Below are positions 60,173 to 64,000 of a DNA stretch of 64,000 bases, one piece after another. Source of the stretch: an uncultured Planctomycetales bacterium. GTDB taxonomy: Bacteria > Omnitrophota > Gorgyraeia > Zapsychrales > JANLHA01. The stretch is from the NCBI GenBank assembly GCA_964489065.1, contig CAZAXH010000002.1, positions 278,177 to 342,176 on the forward strand, in the 5' to 3' direction. The translations under genes and the position numbers were made by a program. How positions within the stretch are numbered: the stretch's first letter is position 1; the number at the start of each line of letters is the position of its first letter. Below the pieces are notes generated by a model, which saw nothing but the letters and a program-made list of their open reading frames with translations, had not been told where the DNA came from and ran no database searches.

Positions 60173-61513
60173 TTGAACCCTTATATTGCTAATACCGCTG
60201 ATGACATGCGGGCCATGTTTCAGGCGATAGGAGTTTCTTCGGTCGATGATTTGTTTGCGGATATTAAGGAAGAATACCGCCCGCGTTCTTTTGATTTGCC
60301 GGACGGGCGTTCCGAGCAGGAGGTCGTTTCCCACCTGGATCGTTTGGCCGGGAAGAACGCGTATGGCCTCAAGCTCTTTATCGGGGGGGGGTATTATGAC
60401 CATTATATTCCCGCGGCCGTGACGGCGGTGATGTCCCGGGGAGAATTTTTGACGGCGTATACCCCTTATCAGCCGGAATGTTCCCAGGGGACATTGCAGG
60501 CGCTTTATGAATTTCAAAGCCTGATCTGCGCCCTGACGCGCATGGAGATCGCCAACGCGTCTTTGTATGACGGCGGCACGGCTTTATATGAGGCGATGAT
60601 GATGGCGGTCCGGACGACCGGGAGACAACGCGTTGTCCTGGACGGGGGCGTCAGCCCGATTTACCGGAAGATCATCCGGTCTTACACGAAAAATCTCGAT
60701 ATTGCCCTGGTGGAGGCTCCGGTGGCGCACGGCCAGGCACACCGACCGGATATCAAGGCGTTGCTGAATGATTCGACGGCGGCGGTGATCCTGCAGAACC
60801 CAAACTTCTTCGGTGCGGTTGATGATTTTTCGGATATCGCCGCCATGGCCAGGGCCTACGGGGCTTTGACCATCGCCAGTGTGTATCCGGTGTCTTTGGG
60901 GCTGCTAAAAACTCCCGGGGAGATGGGCATAGATATCGTGACTGGGGAAGGTCAGAGCCTGGGGCTGCCTTTGCATTTCGGCGGGCCGTACCTCGGGTTT
61001 ATGGCGACGAGCAAGCAATATATGCGCAAGATGCCCGGCCGGATTGTCGGCCAGACCGTGGACAGGGAGGGACGCCGGTGTTTCGTGAACACGCTGCAGG
61101 CGAGGGAGCAGCATATCCGCCGGGAGAAGGCTACGTCCAACATTTGCACGAACGAGGCCCTGTGCGCGATTCAGGCGGCGGTCTTTATGTCGCTTCTCGG
61201 CCCGGACGGGATGAAAGAACTGGCCCGCCTTAATCTTGCCAAGGCCGAGTTTGCTCGGAAAACGCTGGAGCAGATTCTGGGCGTGCAGGTGAAGCGGAGC
61301 GCCCCGACGTTTAACGAGTTCACGGTGTGCCTCCCGAAGGACGCTCAGGATGTCGTTGAGGCGATGATTCGGAAAGGTTTTGCCGCCGGATTTCCCCTGG
61401 GCCGGTATTATCCGGGGATGGAACGTTACATGATCGTGGCGGTGACCGAAAAAAGAACGCAAGAGGACATCCTGCAATATGCGCAGGCCCTGCGTGAAGT
61501 TCTGGGGACATAG
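60173..61513 (+). CDS. gcvPA: glycine dehydrogenase (decarboxylating) subunit 1
   Basis: NPYIANTADDMRAMFQAIGV matches the GcvPA N-terminus. The only start compatible with the conserved N-terminus is a TTG at 60173, 4 nt after an AAGGAGG RBS. Confidence 0.85.
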   Translation: MNPYIANTADDMRAMFQAIGVSSVDDLFADIKEEYRPRSFDLPDGRSEQEVVSHLDRLAGKNAYGLKLFIGGGYYDHYIPAAVTAVMSRGEFLTAYTPYQPECSQGTLQALYEFQSLICALTRMEIANASLYDGGTALYEAMMMAVRTTGRQRVVLDGGVSPIYRKIIRSYTKNLDIALVEAPVAHGQAHRPDIKALLNDSTAAVILQNPNFFGAVDDFSDIAAMARAYGALTIASVYPVSLGLLKTPGEMGIDIVTGEGQSLGLPLHFGGPYLGFMATSKQYMRKMPGRIVGQTVDREGRRCFVNTLQAREQHIRREKATSNICTNEALCAIQAAVFMSLLGPDGMKELARLNLAKAEFARKTLEQILGVQVKRSAPTFNEFTVCLPKDAQDVVEAMIRKGFAAGFPLGRYYPGMERYMIVAVTEKRTQEDILQYAQALREVLGT

Positions 61514-61535
61514 CGCCCGTTTTAAGGATTACGAT

Positions 61536-63038
61536 ATGGGAAATAATTGCAACACATTTAATATTACGGGAAAAAAAACGGGGGAACTGATTTTTGAGAA
61601 ATCGGTTCCGGGCCGCCGGGGGTTCCGCTGCCCGGCGCCGGATATTGACGGGGAGTCTGCCCTCCCGGGAAAGTATTGCCGTGAAGCGCCACTGCCGTTC
61701 CCGGAAGTCACCGAGCTCGATTGCCTCAGGCATTTTACGGGCTTGTCGCAGAAAAATTTTTCCGTTGACACCCATTTTTATCCTTTGGGGTCCTGCACGA
61801 TGAAATACAATCCCCGTTTTTCGGAGCACTGTGCTAAGCTCCCCGGGTTTTCTGAATTTCATCCGTTGCTTCCGCAATTGCGGCAGGGGGAACAGTACGC
61901 GCAAGGGGCCCTGCAGGTCTTGTTTGACATGGACCGGTTTCTATCGGAGATCACGGGGATGGACGCTTTTACGCTGCAGCCTCTCGCCGGGGCCCATGGC
62001 GAGCTTACCGGCGTGATGCTTATCGCGGCCTATCATAGGGCCAAGGGGAATAATAAAAAAATTATTTTAATTCCTGATTCCGCCCACGGGACAAACCCGG
62101 CGTCCGCTGCCATCGCCGGGTTTGAAACGGTTTCGATCCCGACGGATGACAAGGGTGTCATGGACATGGATATCCTGAAAAAGAACATCACCCCAGAGGT
62201 CGCGGCCGTCATGCTCACCTGCCCGAACACCCTGGGGTTGTTTAATGCCGGGATCGATAAGATCGCGGAGTTGGTCCATTCTGTGGATGGGCTGATGTAT
62301 TATGACGGCGCGAATCTTAACGCGCTGTTGGGGCGGTGCCGCCCGGGGGACCTGGGTTTTGATGTCGTTCATGTGAACCTTCATAAGACGTTCTCGACGC
62401 CGCATGGGGGCGGAGGCCCGGGGGCCGGGCCGGTGGGTGTCAAAAAAGCCCTGATCCCGTTTCTTCCGATATCGCGGGTTGTTCGCAGGGAGGACGGCCT
62501 TTTTGCCCTTGATTACGACGCTCCGGAATCCATTGGATATATTGCTTCCTTTTACGGGAATTTTGGGGTTATTGTCAAAGCCTATGCGTACATTTTGCTG
62601 TTGGGGCGAGAAGGGCTGATGGAAACCAGCAATCACGCGGTTCTGAACGCTAATTACATGTTGAGCCGGCTGAAAGACGTTTTGCCGCCGGCGTTCGACC
62701 GCACATGCATGCATGAATGCGTTTTGACGGCCAAAGCGCTTCTCTCCCGCGATGTTCATGCGCTTGACCTGGCTAAATATTTGATCGACCGCGGGTTTCA
62801 TCCTCCGACGATTTATTTCCCCCTCATTGTCAAAGAGGCGATGATGTTTGAGCCGACGGAATGTGAATCCAAAGAGGAGATGGACCGCTTTATTCAGGCT
62901 TTGCGGGAGGCGGTCGCCTTAAGCGCCTCCGACCCGCAGATATTGAAGCAAAGCCCTTCCACGATGCCTGTTTCTCGTCCCGACGAAGGCCGGGCCGCCA
63001 GAGACCTCAACGCCAATTTTTTCCGGACATGCGTTTAA
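61536..63038 (+). CDS. gcvPB: glycine dehydrogenase (decarboxylating) subunit 2
   Basis: PLP-dependent fold with the PLP-lysine in the HVNLHKTFSTPHGGGGPG motif. Confidence 0.9.
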   Translation: MGNNCNTFNITGKKTGELIFEKSVPGRRGFRCPAPDIDGESALPGKYCREAPLPFPEVTELDCLRHFTGLSQKNFSVDTHFYPLGSCTMKYNPRFSEHCAKLPGFSEFHPLLPQLRQGEQYAQGALQVLFDMDRFLSEITGMDAFTLQPLAGAHGELTGVMLIAAYHRAKGNNKKIILIPDSAHGTNPASAAIAGFETVSIPTDDKGVMDMDILKKNITPEVAAVMLTCPNTLGLFNAGIDKIAELVHSVDGLMYYDGANLNALLGRCRPGDLGFDVVHVNLHKTFSTPHGGGGPGAGPVGVKKALIPFLPISRVVRREDGLFALDYDAPESIGYIASFYGNFGVIVKAYAYILLLGREGLMETSNHAVLNANYMLSRLKDVLPPAFDRTCMHECVLTAKALLSRDVHALDLAKYLIDRGFHPPTIYFPLIVKEAMMFEPTECESKEEMDRFIQALREAVALSASDPQILKQSPSTMPVSRPDEGRAARDLNANFFRTCV

Positions 63039-63754
63039 AAGACGTGAGTTTTGTTTCGCCTGAAGAGAATCTGTTGTTTGATGATATTCTTCTGCACAGG
63101 GCTGACCAGGGAGAGTCCGGCGAGGTTCTCCGGTTTTGGGAATCCCCCACTGTCTGCGTGGTCATGGGGCGGACGGGACATCCGGAGAAGGAACTGTTGC
63201 GCGGGGCCATGGACAGTGACGGAGTTCGGGTTTTCCGCCGGTCCTCCGGCGGAGGGACGGTTGTGCAGGGGCCCGGGTGCCTGAACTATGCGTTGGTCCT
63301 CGACAAGCAATCGGATGCCCGGTTACAGGATATCCGTAAATCTTACGAAGTCATCCTTGAACACGTGATCCGCGTTTTGTCTTCCTGCGGCGTCCGTGCG
63401 GAGTTCCGTCCGGTGTCTGACCTGGTTGTCCCGGGAAAAGAGATGAAATTTTCCGGGAACGCTCAAAAACGGGGGAAGCGGTTTATCCTTCACCACGGCA
63501 CGTTACTTTATGATTTCCCGGTGGCGTTGATCTCAAGATATCTGCGGATGCCCGAGTCTGCTCCCGAATACCGGCAAGGGCGCGCGCATCAGGAATTCGT
63601 AATTAATATTCCTGTTCCCCGGGAGCGGATTAAAAATGCGTTTGTCAAGCATTACGGTATCCGTTTGACCGAACGCACTCTTTCCGCGCAGGAAGCCCGG
63701 TGTTTATTGGGAATAATGGACCGCAGGTCTGATGTCTCTGGATACTCTATATAA
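63029..63754 (+). CDS. lipoate-protein ligase family protein (LplA catalytic domain only; LipM/LplJ-like)
   Basis: RRSSGGGTV ... KFSGNAQ ... HHGTLL motifs of the BPL/LPL catalytic domain, lacking the LplA C-terminal domain. Overlaps the gcvPB stop, implying coupling to GcvH lipoylation. Confidence 0.75.
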   Translation: MRLKDVSFVSPEENLLFDDILLHRADQGESGEVLRFWESPTVCVVMGRTGHPEKELLRGAMDSDGVRVFRRSSGGGTVVQGPGCLNYALVLDKQSDARLQDIRKSYEVILEHVIRVLSSCGVRAEFRPVSDLVVPGKEMKFSGNAQKRGKRFILHHGTLLYDFPVALISRYLRMPESAPEYRQGRAHQEFVINIPVPRERIKNAFVKHYGIRLTERTLSAQEARCLLGIMDRRSDVSGYSI

Positions 63755-63806
63755 TATCTCGTCGGTAAAAAGTTTGAAAAAAGGTGATTTTATTCTTTGT
63801 TAATTA

Positions 63807-63834
63807 TTGACATCTATGAACCCAATTGTATAAT
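63807..63834 (+). promoter_or_regulatory. near-consensus sigma70 promoter (TTGACA-16-TATAAT)
   Basis: TTGACA at 63807-63812 and TATAAT at 63829-63834, upstream of the partial secreted-protein gene. Confidence 0.5.
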
Positions 63835-63902
63835 GAGTACAGTTCCCAAAAGGTAATATCACTATATCCATATAAAAAGAGTGATCTGATGCAAGGAGGT
63901 GG

Positions 63903-64000
63903 ATGATGAAAAAGAAGTTAACTTTGGTTATGGCAGTTATTTTCTTGTTCTTCATCAGTGTCCAGTCTGCCCGGGCCCAGCTGATTGATTATAGCCGGCG
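63903..64000 (+). CDS. 5' end of a gene for a secreted protein (open to the window edge)
   Basis: AAGGAGG RBS then ATGATG. MMKKKLTLVMAVIFLFFISVQSARAQ is a classic Sec signal peptide with an AxA cleavage site. The ORF is open to the window end. Confidence 0.45.
   Translation, partial: MMKKKLTLVMAVIFLFFISVQSARAQLIDYSR

Overview
This 64-kb bacterial chromosomal window is roughly 55-60% GC and is almost entirely plus-strand-coded, dense housekeeping DNA. Spurious ORFs opposite real genes suggest a high-GC genome. PVC-like or candidate-phylum origin is possible but cannot be assigned from this sequence. In order, the content is: a radical-SAM activase fragment, an ArsB/NhaD-type permease and a second radical-SAM gene; NAD salvage (pncA-pncB); a promoter, a ~300-nt structured leader and an intrinsic terminator (probable riboswitch) in front of a rib cluster (ribBA-ribH-nusB-PHP phosphoesterase-ribD-ribE); a fab-like trio (a KAS II paralog whose Cys-His-His triad is fully substituted, fabG, fabZ) ending in a terminator; an HI0933-like flavoprotein; a MORN-repeat protein; three prepilin-type (PilV/W/X-like) genes; tRNA-Pro(CGG); acyP, a metallophosphoesterase, ligA and xerD; a CCA/poly(A) polymerase-family gene; rbfA-nrnA-truB-ribF; a complete dcw cluster (mraZ with upstream MraZ-box repeats, rsmH, ftsL-like, ftsI, murE, murF, mraY, murD, ftsW, murG, murC, ddl, ftsQ, ftsA) that lacks ftsZ at the canonical position; pcm, a U32 peptidase, a macro-domain protein, sixA, xseA-xseB and secreted nuclease/hydrolase lipoproteins; a stand-alone receiver; a ~1010-aa protein (N-terminal calcineurin-like phosphoesterase plus ~750 aa uncharacterised) that is compositionally foreign and lies just upstream of tRNA-Arg(UCG); a large polytopic membrane protein; and the glycine-cleavage operon gcvT-gcvH-gcvPA-gcvPB with a lipoate-protein ligase. 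The most novel candidates are the large foreign phosphoesterase protein (possible single-gene defense or accessory module), the catalytically dead ketosynthase in the fab cluster, and the PilX-N/beta-helix fusion in the minor-pilin-like cluster. All calls rest on manual reading of the six-frame translations and the DNA. No database search was possible.
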